Part shown: positions 21,960 to 34,636 of the stretch, piece by piece
Position numbering within the stretch: the first letter of the stretch is position 1
How the letters are laid out: the number at the start of each line of letters is the position of its first letter
Source of the DNA: Selaginella moellendorffii
Lineage: Eukaryota > Plantae > Lycopodiophyta
Assembly (NCBI RefSeq): GCF_000143415.4
Contig: NW_003314286.1
Span: 511,766 to 575,765, forward strand
DNA length: 64,000 nucleotides
Reading direction: 5' to 3'
Program-made: the position numbers and the translations under genes
The notes under the pieces: generated by a model
Databases searched by the model: none
What the model was told of the DNA's origin: nothing
Seen by the model: only the letters and a program-made list of their open reading frames with translations

Positions 21960-23890
21960 ATTCAATGAATGCCAAGTTTTCAGAGGTTTGAAAAAGCAAG
22001 TAAAAACATTTGTTCACATCTAGGTTTGGGCTCTTTGGCATGCTCAGTTCAAGTCCAACAATCCACAACGTCACAAGCTCTTGACTCTACTCTTTTTTTT
22101 TCCTCTTTCTCGCTTGGATTTTTCTACTGTCAAAGAGGTAAGCTATGGTCTCTCACGCTCATGCTGCCCCAACGCTTGCCCGCCGAGCTCAAGTGCCCTG
22201 GCATGGCAGCCATCACCGAGCTTCACACTCGCGAGCTCCAGCTCTAGCTCCAGCACATCCAGCACACCACCATGGACACCAAGGCCACGAGCCAGTGCCA
22301 ACTTTAGCTCCAGTTCTTCAATGTGACACTCCAGTTTGAGCCCCAGCGCTAGCTGCTTTCGTTCACCCTGCTCGTGGCAACCCTCCTCATCTAGCTCCAG
22401 CGCCTGCTATCCTTGATCATGCTCGCCACTACCATCCAGCTCCAGCAGCAGCAGTGTACCATCATCATCACGGTGATGGAGCTCCTCTGGTTGTTCACCA
22501 CCACCACCATGGTCACCACCATGGAGGACGCCACAACCACCACCACCACCACCACCATCGTCGCGACGGTCACAATGCAGCAGTGGCCACACCAACACCT
22601 GCAGCAGTAGTTACAGCGGTTCAGAGGACGCCGTGGTCGCTGCTCCAGCTTCTTCTCTGGGTTTTGGTTGCGATCTTGGTGCTGCTCACGTGCTTTTTGC
22701 TCGTGCAATGGATGTTATCTCGAAGGAAGCAGCGCAGTAATGTGATCTTTACACTGCGGCTTGCAACACAGGTTGTTCAACAGGATGGGACTAAGAACAG
22801 GATAGGTTGGTCTACCTCGCAAATTGTGAATACAAAGCCGTATGCATTCGTCACAAGCAGCCTCGTGGACTGTGGAACCATCAGAAGTGTTCAGGAAGAC
22901 AAAGAAACGCGACGTTGGTTGCCTGGAACACGAACATGCAAGTCTTCTATCAGACGCAACGAGAAGCTGGCCTGCCTCCAAACGCTGAGACTTTGCATGG
23001 AGCAGCAAGACATCATTTCCTGGGATATGCCAAGAACAACCTTTGCTCTTTAGTGCTACGAGCAAACCGGCAGCCAAACGCTCAGACTTTCATGGTGGTG
23101 CTCAAGGCACGTGGCGACTTAGCAGAGAAGAGGCTCCACTCGCAGATCCGGGAGAGAAATCTGGACGGAATCCACTACTCACGTGCTCGCTCAGAGTGGA
23201 GACATGCCTGCCACTCAAGAAGTTTTCTACCCCAAGTTCAGAAGTACTCTGGCATCACTGTCACGATGACACTTCTTCTTGCACTACTCATTTGGAGTAA
23301 CTGGAGAGTGCCTTACGAAGCATGATGGTCATAGGTACTATAGTGTTTTCACTAGTTCATAGCTTTTTTATTTCGTCTTATAGCCTTCACAAGGTACTTC
23401 GTTTACGCAATTCTGTCAAGCTAGTTTAAAATCCTTATCTTCAAGCTGTTTTGAGGAAACTGAAACTTGGTAATGAAAAAATGCTTATCTCCTTACACAT
23501 GGTAAGTATCTTCTTCTTTGACTTTTTCATCAATGACATGGATGGGAATGGACATACAATTTTATTGTGGAGAGGGTAGTAGTAGGTGTTACTCATGTTG
23601 CCTTGGAAGGTTATTTTTCATTTAGGTGCTTGGGAGTTGCCTGAGAACTAGGAGTGCTATGTCAGAATGAGGGAACTCCATCATATCACTGAAGGCATAT
23701 GCTTTAATCTCATGGATCCAAAGAACTTAATCAAAATGAGAGAAAAGCTTTTCTCAGGAGCTTGTTAGTAAGCTTTGTGAGGAAAGAGTGTGATGCAAGG
23801 TTGATGGAGCGATCAATGAAACCCAAACCAATATGGTACCTGAAAACAAGCAAAAGGATCTTATGGTGAAGAGATAAAAATATTTGAGAA
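21960..23890 (+). repeat. Diverged direct duplicate of ~15533-17580 (His-rich + PPR chimera), lacking ~16381-16978 and with ~550 bp of extra sequence
   Basis: Colinear matches 21960-22750 to 15533-16380, 22749-23180 to 16979-17418, and 23735-23890 to 17430-17580. Confidence 0.88.
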
Positions 23891-24044
23891 AATACTCTCA
23901 AGTCAAAGATAATGCAAATAGGGGTGCGATTCAGGAGTCTTGAAGTACAATGGAATGGGAAAGCAGATGGGGAACCCTCGCTGCGCTGGGGTCTTTCAAA
24001 ACCACTCTCCTGTTGGCGGTTCTAACGCACCGGTTCTGGCCATT

Positions 24045-24061
24045 TGGCGACCACGGTGGGA
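24045..24061 (+). promoter_or_regulatory. Primer-binding site, tRNA-Arg type
   Basis: TGGCGACCACGGTGGGA, 2 nt after ...GGCCA; complementary to a plant tRNA-Arg 3' end (TCCCACYGTGGTCG-CCA). Confidence 0.75.
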
Positions 24062-26322
24062 TGGATCGCTGAGAGAGATCAAGGAACAAGAACCCGGTAA
24101 CCATTTGCAGAGATTCAAGAACTTCAAGAACCACTCTTTCTCTCCACATCGAGCATGCCACCACCAACATGGGTACCCAGAACATGCCTCACTGCAGCGA
24201 CCACTAGAGGAAGAAAGCTACACCAGCAAATTTTTGAAGAAATTAAAGATCTTTCAACGAGACCTCCTAGCGCTCTATCCGAAGGAGAAGAAGACCTTTG
24301 CAACCAACCCCAACATCAGCACCGAACTCTTCACCGGCCAGCACCGAGGAACCGACAGCAAGCCCGAGCATCTCCTCCGAGATCTTCTCCAACCAGCAAT
24401 CTGAGAGCCCAACTCCGAATTTGAGCAGAAGAACACCGACTGCAAGCCAGAGAACTCGCCGGCAGAGCCTCCGAACTCTTCTCTGACAACAGCTCTACTT
24501 TACCAACCAGACAGAAGAACAACAAGAATTCCGGCAACAGATCTTCCTGACCAACGCTTCTTCCACACATCAGCCGCACGTTCTCCTACGACAAGCCTCC
24601 GACACTCTATCCCGGCATTGGCCAAGTCACCGAAGGAAAGCTCCCGAACGCATCGACAATCTTCCGACAGACTCTCCGACTGAGCGCCCAAACCAGCACC
24701 AAGGACATCATCCAACGACGACACAACGCTAATCTCCACGTTGCCAAGACTCTGTTCGACCACGCCATCGAGTACGCCGGCCTAGAGACCATTGACGACG
24801 AAATTGGGTCTGATCACCCCAACCAGTCCGACTATCCGAAACTCTTCATCGAGCTTCATCTCGGCACCGACACCTGGAAGACCAGCCTGCACTCAGCACC
24901 TCATCTCGACAAATCGATTGGAGACTCCACCGACAAGCCCAAGCCGAAGAAAGAAACGAAGAAGAAACTCCTGGAGTACAACTGCTACCCACTTCCGGAC
25001 GAGTTTTCCTCTGAGCGCCCAAACACCAGCCCAGACGACATCCCGACAACTTCTTCGACTGACCTGCATGACCGCTCTCCAATCACTGCTACACTGAATC
25101 AGTCAACTCCCCGATGAGCTCCAAGAAATCATCCGGCAGAAGATTCGCGACCTTCTTCCGGCACACACTTTGTTCAATTGACTGACGGCATCCTCCTACT
25201 AGCGACCACTTTTTGGATCAGCATCGAGTTCGTCTGTCAGCAAGAGTTTGACGACCGACACCTCGACCAGCCACTCTACCCAACTCGGATCTACACCAGC
25301 ATACCAGCTAAACATCTCTGACACATCTTCCGCCGACACATCTTTCACCACATCTTTCATCTTTGCATAGTAACCCTTAGAAGATTATACAATAACTACT
25401 ACCGAAGACTAGCTTCGAAGCTACAGGCCCGAAGATATTTCCGGAGCCTTGAGATTATCGTCGACACCGATTCGACATTCAGCCAGATACCCGACAACAT
25501 CACCGACAACCAAGTCAAGAGTTTGATGAAGACCTTCATCCCCGAGATACCAACACCCAAGATAGTTTTAGTGTACAAGAACCCACGGCCGAAGAGAGCC
25601 GCATGAACAAGCCGAGGAAAGCAGCCAGCAAACAACAAGAAGACACCGAAAGACTTTAACGACACCTCCAGCGAGAGTTGAAGAGACTAGAGAAAGAGAG
25701 AAAAGAAAAAGCCACCCAGTGGTCCCACTTTGTACAAGTTTCTGAAAGAGAAAGGTACATTACTGATGAATTGTTTCCCAAAATTGCAGCCGGCGAAGAT
25801 GCCGGAAGGATTTTAGAAGGCTACCAGAATTTTAGGACACCGCCTGCTTTTCCGACTACAGCACCGGAGAACCCGCCAGAGACCCAGCCAGAAGTTCAGC
25901 ACACTCCCCAGCACAGCTTCCACAACCCACTCTTCCGAGGACAGACCGACCCAAGAACTTATTTCTCCTGGACTGTACCGACAGCTTCACCAGCAGTCCT
26001 CGGCACACTGTTTTCGACACCAGTATCAGCTTCTACCTCGACCACACCGTTCGCCTCCGTACCGGACTTCTACAACTTCCAGCAACAACCAGACTCCCCG
26101 AAGCTCAACTCAGTCGAATACGGCCTCCGACCGATATACATTGTCGACTCAGATGATCGACCAGCATATCACCAGCAATACGAGTTTGGCCAATCCTCCG
26201 AATACACACTTGACCAACTTTTCGACTAGGCATTCAGCAGACCCCACCAACAACCAGAACCAGACATCGATCTTCAGCAACCGGACTTACAGGTAATACT
26301 CCGACAATCCTCTCCGGAGACC

Positions 26323-27723
26323 TTGCTGAAGCCTCCCAGAGAACCTCTGCCACCATCAACATCAACACTGCCACCACAGAACACTCCACCAACTGCTCCA
26401 TCAAATGTCCCGCCAAACGCTCCACCGAACACTCTGCCACACAGTCTACCAGACATTCCCCCAGACATCGTCACCATGACAATGGTACTCCCCAACACGG
26501 TCATCGGCAAGCTTGTCACCTACCCACAATTCAAAGGGAAGAAGACCGAAGACCCAGAAAAGCACGTCATTCGCTTCAAGGAGGCCGCCCGAGTCAACGG
26601 CCAGCAAGACAACCTCGCATTCCTCTTCGGCTGCACCCTCAAAGGACGTGCCGGAGAATGGCTCCAGACGACCGACCCAAAACTCACCTTCGACGAGCTC
26701 ACCAAAGCCTTCACCGACCACTTCAAGTCAGCACTCAGCCAGTCAGAGAAGCTTCAGAAGATACAGAACATCAAGATGCGTACTGGCGAAACTCTCGAAG
26801 AATACACCGAACGCTTCACCAAACACGCCAACCGCTGCAAGAGCTCTTCTACTGACATACTTTTATACCAGTGGTACATGCAGGGACTAGCTTCACACTT
26901 GAAGAAAGCCGCCACCAAAATCGACACCAGCGATTACAAGACTCTTTCCAAAGACTTGAAAGAAGTTCAAATCCGCCGACAAACTGCCAGAGTTGATGAA
27001 CCGGAAGACTTCGACTCCGAGGAAGATGAGGACAACCTCCTCGACAGCCTCACTGGCAAGTCCAAGGACAAAGTCGGCATCCGAAAGATCCAGAAGCTCC
27101 TCACCAAATTCACTGCATCCGGCGACAAATCCGACGTCCGAACCGGCGTCTGGTGCACAAAATGCAAGAATGAAGGACACTCAGCCACTGACTGCAAACT
27201 CCAGATCGTCAAGTGCCAAATCTGCGGGAAAGACAACCATGACGCCAAGACATGCAGATTCCGCAGCCAACCTAAAGTCCAACAAATCTCCAACTTCCCC
27301 CGGAGACCTCCCCGACAGCCTGAGTATACGACCCAATATCTGGCCGCACCTCCGAACAACTGGCGACCGCCCCGGAACAACTACCTGCCGCGACAATGGA
27401 ACACACCACCGAGATTCAACAACAACCACAACAACCGACCCTACTTCAATGACCGATACCGACAACCTGACAACCGGCCATACCAACAATACTGACAAAA
27501 TCAGATGGACTACAACAACAGCCAAGCCTATCCACGCTACCAGAATCAAGGGTATCAAGGCTACAACAGATATCAAGGCTATCAAGACCAAAGATATCAA
27601 GGCAACTACAACAGCCGCCCATGGCAACCCGAATCCAAGACCAGCCCAGCCCTCCGAAACTCGGACCGCTCCCGCCCAGACAGCCAGACCAACAGCAACA
27701 GCAACCACCGGCAACCAAAGTGA
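26323..27723 (+). pseudogene. gag: Gypsy gag with two zinc knuckles; in-frame TGA at 27493-27495
   Basis: YPQFKGKKTEDPEKHV, LKGRAGEW, GETLEEYTERF, CTKCKNEGHSATDC, CQICGKDNHDAKTC. ORF 27505-27723 is in the same frame. Confidence 0.9.
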
Positions 27724-30700
27724 TCGAAGCCGACGAACTCCCATTTCCCGAAGAAGACCTAGAACCCCAAGTTCTGGCAGTCCAGACTCGAGCAGAACTT
27801 CGAGCACAGCATCGACAACGACCGGACAAAGACTCAGACACCGAAGATGACACGGGCTCAGAGCGCCCGAAACAAACCCCGGAGTGGAGGAAACGCCGAC
27901 AGCTAGCTGCCAAAGTACAAAAGCACCTTACTCAACAGCCACGCAAACTGGTCATCCTCGACTCCGAAGACAAAGAACAGCCCGAGTCAAGCACACAGCA
28001 ACTGAGAAACCAGCCGACAGCTTCACCGGCACAACTCTTGGCCAACTCGATTGGAGATACAACTGTCGCCGAAGCCATCCTCACCCAGAACATCCAGATC
28101 ACTGTCAGCCAGCTTCTGAAGATCGCTCCATATCTCGTCAACCAATTGGTTAGTCTGACTAACCCTCTGGACACACCTCCAACGGACGCCCCAACACTGA
28201 ATACCAGCAAGGACACTGTCGACGCCTTTCGAGCTGAGATACAACCCGGAGACTGCGACAATGAAGTTCCAACCATCGACCTCCGAATCGGCCGACACCA
28301 AGTCCGAGGAGCCATGCTTGACGGCGGCTCTGGCGTCAACATCATCGAAGAGAGTCTCGTCTGACAAATCAACCTCGGTCTAGTTGAGCTAGCACCGTTT
28401 AACGTCTGAATGGCCGACCACCGATCAGTCCGACCCCAAGGAATCATCCGGAACGTCATCACCAATATCAGAGGCATCAGAGTTCCAGTCAACTACGTCA
28501 TCCTCAATCTTCCGAAGGACTCCAATGGCTACGCAGTCCTCCTCGGACGCCCGTGGCTCAAACACGCTCGAGCAATGCACAACTGGTCGACCAACCAGAT
28601 CATCCTCCAAAGCCCGCAAGGTCCAGTAACAGTCTCGACAAACTTGTCAAAACACCTTCTGACGAACATCCGACTGGTCGACCTCGAAGACTATGACCTC
28701 GAAACCAGCCTTGACGACTATGAAGAACAGCAAATACTCTGAGCCTACCCTGATCTCGAACCGGTCGCCGAAATCGACATCTTCAGAGTAGCACCCGACT
28801 TCAGCCGAGAGCGACCCCAGCTTACCGAAGCATTGAAGAACCCGACAACCAGAGACACCACCATCGCCACTCAGCCAGCTTTCATTGTCGACTCCGACCA
28901 GAAAGTCGCCTATGTCCCGACAATACCGACCAACCAACCTCTCGAGAAGATCAACCTTGCCACCGACCAGAATCAGCATCACATCATCCTCGCCAAAGAC
29001 ATCTCTGAGAGTTTCCGGAACAAAGGCCTGAGACTCCTCCAGAAGAAAAAGCACTTATTTGCTTGGAGCTACAAAGACCTGAAAGGAGTCTCGCTGGACT
29101 TATGTCTGCTCACCATCACCCTCCTTCCGGATGCCTGGCCGAAGCGACAGGCACCTTACCAGATGAACCCAAACCTCATGGAGCAAGTCAAGAAGGAGCT
29201 TGACAAACTCCTCGAAGTCAAATACATCTACCCGATCCAGAATCCGATCTGGTTGTCTCCTCTGGTCATTGTGCCGAAGAAAAATGGCAAGCTCCGAATC
29301 TGCGTCAACTACAAGCAGCTCAACAACGTCACTGAGAAAGATATCTTCCTGATACCCTTTACCGACAAAGTTCTCGACACAGTCGCCGGACACGAAATGT
29401 ACTCCTTCCTCGACGGATTGTTCGGCTACAACCAGATCACCATCACCCCCAAAGACCAGCACAAGACAGCGTTCATCAGCCCATGGGGAGCATACGCCTA
29501 CCGAAGAATGCCTTTCGGCCTCTGCAATGCACCCTTCACTTTCCAGCGACTCGTCACCAACACCTTCCGAGACTACCTCACCGACTTCATGCGAGTCTTC
29601 ATGGATGACTTCAGTGTCTTCAGCTCCAAAGACCGCCATCTCGAGTGCCTCGAGAAATGCCTCGAGAAGTGCGAAGAAAACAACATCGCCCTCAACCCTG
29701 AGAAATGCGCCTTCTTCGTCAAGTCCAGAGTACTTCTCGGCCACATTGTCTGCAAACACGGTATACTCATCGACAAGGACAAAGTCAAAGTCATATTTCA
29801 GCTCGACCCGCCAAAGAACCAGAAGGCCCTCCGAAGATTTCTCGGCAAGATCAGATACCACCGAAGATTCATCCACAAGTACGCCGACATTGCCAAACCT
29901 CTCACCGACAGCCTCCGGCTCGACGCCCAGTGGATCTGGTCGGACACTCAGCAGACAGCATTTGACAACCTCAAGCTCAAGCTCACTACCGCACCAATAC
30001 TTGCCAAACTAGACTGGACCAAAGAGTTCCATATCCACGTCGACACCTCTGACATCGGCACCGGCACAGTGCTTAGCCAAGCCCAGAGGGACAACCGAGA
30101 CCAGCCGATCTACTACGCAAGCAGACTACTCACCTTGACCGAACGCAACTACACCACCACCGAGAAAGAAGCCCTTGGCATGGTTTATGCCCTCCAGAAG
30201 TTTCGGCACTACATTCTTTCGAGCAAAGTCGTCATTTTCATTGACCACAAGGCCCTCCTTTACCTCATCAACAAGCCCATACTCTCCGGCCAAATTTCCA
30301 GATGGTTCCTTCTACTCCAAGAGTACAACTTCGAAATCGTCCACAAGCCCGCCTGACAGCATGAACAGGCCGACTTCCTCAGCCGCATCACCACCAGAGA
30401 ATCGCCCAATCGACTCGCCGACGATTTGCCCAACTCCAACATTTTCCGAATTTCAGTACCAGCAACATGGCTCGACGACATCTTCGCCTACCTCAGCTCA
30501 GCAAAAGTCCCAGCTCAGCATACAACACCAAACCAGAGAAAGACTTTTGTCTCGAAAACCCGCCGGTACTCCATCATCGGCGGCAGCCTCTACAAACTCG
30601 ACATCGACAACATACTTCGAAGATGCATCAAAGTTCCAGAGACCCTCCAGATTATAAACAAAGCACATTCTGGACTGTCTGGCGGCCACTTCACCTCCGA

Positions 30701-32165
30701 CACGACCGTCCGGAAGATTCTCCAGTCAGGACTCTGGTGGCCGACAATCTGGTGAGACACCGAAGACTTCTGCCGGAAATGTGACACCTGCCAGAGGAAT
30801 CGACTTCCGCCGAAAACTCAGAGTCAACCGCTCAACCCAACCGTCCCAGTCGCGCCTTTCCAGAGATGGGAACTCGACTTCGTTGGACCCCAAATCACCA
30901 CAGCCCGGAAGAACCAGTACATCATTGTCGCCACCGACTAGGCCACCAAATGGGCCGAAGCAGCTCCACTCAAGCAAGCAACCGCCAAGGCAACAGCCAA
31001 GTTCATCTACGAGAACATCATCACCCGCTTTGGAACACCACTCGAACTCGTCACCGACCGCGGCAGCCACTTCATCAACGAAACCATCACACACCTTACC
31101 GAAGAGTTCCAGATCCGACACAAGACATCAACGCCCTACTACCTGCAAGGCGACGGCCAAGCTGAAGCCACCAACAAGAACCCTCAAGACAATCTCAAGA
31201 AAGTCATCAGCGATTCCGGCAAAGATTGGGACGAGAAACTCGGAGACGTTCTCTGGGCCTACCGGACAGCATACAAGATCACCACCGACGTGACACCGTT
31301 CAAGCTCGCCTTCGGAATAGAAGCCATAACACCAATCAAGTTCATCATTCCCAGCATGCGTGTCGCGGTGAAGTACGACCTAGATCCCCGGCACATCTTC
31401 CAGCAACGACTGCTCGAACTCGAGAAACTTGACAAGCTCCGCTTCACCACCTTGTGGACCCTCCACACCATCCAGAAGCAAAGAAAAGCCCGGCACGACC
31501 GAAGACTCGCTCAAAACAAGCCTCCAAAGTACTCTCCCAGCGATCATGTACTCTGGTATCGAGGACCAATCACTCAGCTCGGCAACAAGCTCAAAACCAA
31601 GTGGCAAGGACCTTTCATCATCACCGAACTCTACCCCAACTCGACAGCGAAAGTCACCACCCTTGCTGGAGACTTCACCGAAACTGTCAACCTCAACAAG
31701 CTCCGACCATACTACATCAACCTCTGCAACATCCAGACCACCTTTCAGCAACACTTCCGACCGCAACTCGTTACCGGAAAAAAGAGATTCCCCGAACACT
31801 CTCCCGGCCACTCGAACCGAACACTCGACACCAGCCGTCCGTACCGAGAAGCAACACTAGATGATACCACAATGAGCATCATCGACAATCAGCAAGCCTC
31901 ATGGCATCAACAACGGCCAACACGCTACTCAGAAACCATCACCGGCAACTTCTCCTGGACAACCCTCCAGTCGCCACTCTCAACTCGGCACAAAACGCTA
32001 AGTCCCAAGCTACCATCCGATCAACTCCACGAGATACTGTCCAACAACGCTCAATCTCAGCCACCAGATCATCATCTCCACAACATATCACAGCCCTCAG
32101 ATCTTGGCACGCAATCGCCACCGTTCAAACTAAACCCCACCAAGTTTCACGGGACACAAACCTAA
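27621..32165 (+). pseudogene. pol: Gypsy pol (protease, RT, RNase H, integrase) with several premature stops
   Basis: LDGGSGVNII (PR); KLRICV, MPFGL, FMDDF (RT); VDTS, EKEALG, IDHKAL (RH); HSGLSGGH..CDTC and WQGPF (INT). Stops are mostly CGA-to-TGA type. Confidence 0.93.
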
Positions 32166-32221
32166 GTCGCCAACAGCAGCTCGCCAGCACCCTTTCCAGC
32201 GCGCCACCAGCTCCAGCAAAG

Positions 32222-32847
32222 ATGCCATCCCCCCAAGACGCCTCAGGTATGTCCGCCACAGCTTGCCCAAGCTTCCGACCAAGGCAGTCACGGCATGGCT
32301 GGTCGAGCAGGGGTTCGGCCAGCTCCTCGAGATCTTCAAAACCCCATTCGATCACCACCTCGCCTGCAAGCTCGCCAAGAAGTATGACGAGAGCCACAAC
32401 ATGATCTCAGACGACGTCAACACCATCGCCATCACGCCGGCCCTGCTCATCAAAGTTTTCAAGGTCCCTCGAAAAGGACTCGACAAGTTCCCCAAAGAGG
32501 TTCCCAACGTCATCCTCAAGCCAGGTGCATCCCCAAGCACAGAAGGGCCCAACTGGGAGGATGTGCTCTCTGAACACCAGGAGAAGCTGCGTGCCCTGCT
32601 CCTCCTCTACGACCTCCGGCCCACTGACAAATCTATCAGCAAGTTTACCACCCAAGCCTATCACGCCATGGACCGAGAAGAGCGAGTCAACGTCGCCAGC
32701 CAGCTGAACACTATGCTGACGAAGCAACTGAAGAAAATCAACGAGAAACCTACATGAGGCCAAACCATCTCCACGGTGATCGTCCCGATGCTCATTGCTT
32801 TGCACGCCGCCCACCCCGGACAAGCAGCCCTGGTCTACCAGCTCCTC
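32222..32847 (+). pseudogene. Extra ORF downstream of pol, truncated at the fold-back junction
   Basis: ORF 32263-32757 is nearly identical to the N-terminus of 33527-34636 (-). Confidence 0.6.
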
Positions 32848-34636
32848 TGCTGGCCAGTGGGGTTGTTGTTGGTGCGAGAGCTGGCGGCCGTTGTCTTGAT
32901 GCTCTGGATGTCGCCCTGGAGGTGGTGAATGGTGTTGTGGAGGTTGCCGATCTCCGCGACGAGCGGCTCGTAGAACTCGGCGCGGACTGCGTTCCTGGTG
33001 TTGATGAAGGCGCCGTCGCGGGAGAGGTGCTGGGCGATGTCCTGAGCCTGGGGAACGTGGCCTTGGATGGCCTGGCTGATGTCATGACTGGTGCGGCACT
33101 CCAAAGCCTCGAAGAGCTTGTGATGGAGGTATCCGGGATCTTGCATCTTGTCTTCGTGTTCTTGGCAGATTTTGTGGTCGGAGGAGGCTCTGTCTTTGCA
33201 TACCTGGGACTGGAGTGGAGGCATGGTGGATTGTTGGTGCGGCTGAGATGCTTGGGCTGGTGGAGAAGGCGCTGAAGGCGAGCCGTAGGGCGCTGAAACC
33301 AAGTCGGGAGCTGGGTTCTTGATGGGGTCGGCCGGCATGATTTGGGGCGTTGATTGCTGCTGAGGTGGCTGATGCTGAGCGGATGCAGATGGACTGCGCT
33401 GATCTGTTGAGTTGGTTAAGATCTGACGGTGCTGAGTTGGCACGAGTTTAATTATGGTCGTTGAAGATGGACGGTCGAGATGAGGCACTGTAATATTTGA
33501 TGAAGAGCTCAGATTTTTGCTGAAGTTCAACGGGGCATCTGCTGTGGTGTTGAGAGTCGGAGGTGCTGCTGGTGGATGGAGAGGTTTGACGTTGCCGGAG
33601 TTGACGTGCCTGCTGGAGACCTTGCTGTTGCTGGCGGTGATATTGTCTGGGTGATGGGAATCGTTGTTGTCGTGGTGCTGGTCGCCAGTGAAAGCTTCTG
33701 AGTTGTTGAAGATTGGTGTTGGAGAAGGTGAACGAGCTTGGGGTCGGCTTGGGGGTGATTGATGCTGGTGCTGGCGGGGTCTGTGGTGTTCGTGGTGTCC
33801 CCGTCGGTGAGGACGACATACTCCGTGCTGCAGCGGTAGTTCTTACGTTGAGGAGTTTGACGAAGCTTGTGGCGGCGAGGTGGTGGAGATTCTTCGTCGG
33901 AGGAGGTGTCTTCGCTGCTGGTCTTGCTGGGGGTGGGGCTGGGTGGCGGATTATGCTTCGAGGAGGAGGTTTGGGCTTTCTTCTTGTGCGGTGGTGAGGG
34001 CAGGGTCTCGGTCGATGCTGAGTCTTCGTCCTCAGCCTGGCTGTTTTCAGTCGAGGAGCTGGTAGACCAGGGCTGCTTGTCGGGGTGGGCGGCGTGCAAA
34101 GCAATGAGCATCGGGACGATCACGGTGGAGATGGTTTGGCCTATTGTAGGTTTCTCGTTGATTTTCTTCAGTTGCTTCACCAGCATAGTGTTCAGGTAGC
34201 TGGCGACGTTGACTTGCTCTCCTCGGTCCATGGCGTGATAGGCTTGGGTGGTAAGCTTGCTGATAGATTTGTCAGTGGGGCGGAGGTCGTAGAGGAGGAG
34301 CAGGGCGCACAGCTTCTCCTGGTGTTCAGAGAGAACATCCTCCCACTTGGGCCCTTCTGTGGTTGGGGATGCACCTGGCTTGAGGATGACCTTGGGAACC
34401 TCTTTGGGGAACTTGTCAAGTCCTTTTCGAGGGACCTTGAAAAATTTGCTGAGCAGGGCCGGTGTGATGGCGATGGTGTTGACGTCATCCGAGATCGTGT
34501 TGCGGCTCTTGTCATACTTCTTGGCGAGCTTGTGGGCGAGGTGGTGATTGAATGGGGTTTCGAAGATCTTGAGGAGCTGGCCGAACCCCTGCTCGACCAG
34601 CCATGCCGTGACTGCCTTGGTCGGAAGCTTGGGCAA
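32835..34636 (-). pseudogene. Gypsy extra 3' ORF (globular N-terminus, TM-like segment, S/T/P-rich linker, coiled coil), one frameshift near 33530
   Basis: ORFs 33527-34636 and 32835-33530 abut; ISTVIVPMLIALHA hydrophobic stretch; LVAEIGNLHNTIHHLQGDIQSI heptads. Confidence 0.55.

Larger units (their letters stand above)
23895..32847 (+). mobile_element. Ty3/Gypsy LTR retrotransposon, non-chromovirus (Athila-like organisation), decayed; partial 5' LTR, no 3' LTR
   Basis: LTR end CA at 24042, PBS, ~2.2 kb leader, gag, PR-RT-RH-INT order, GPF motif, no chromodomain, extra 3' ORF. The left boundary is approximate. Confidence 0.9.
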
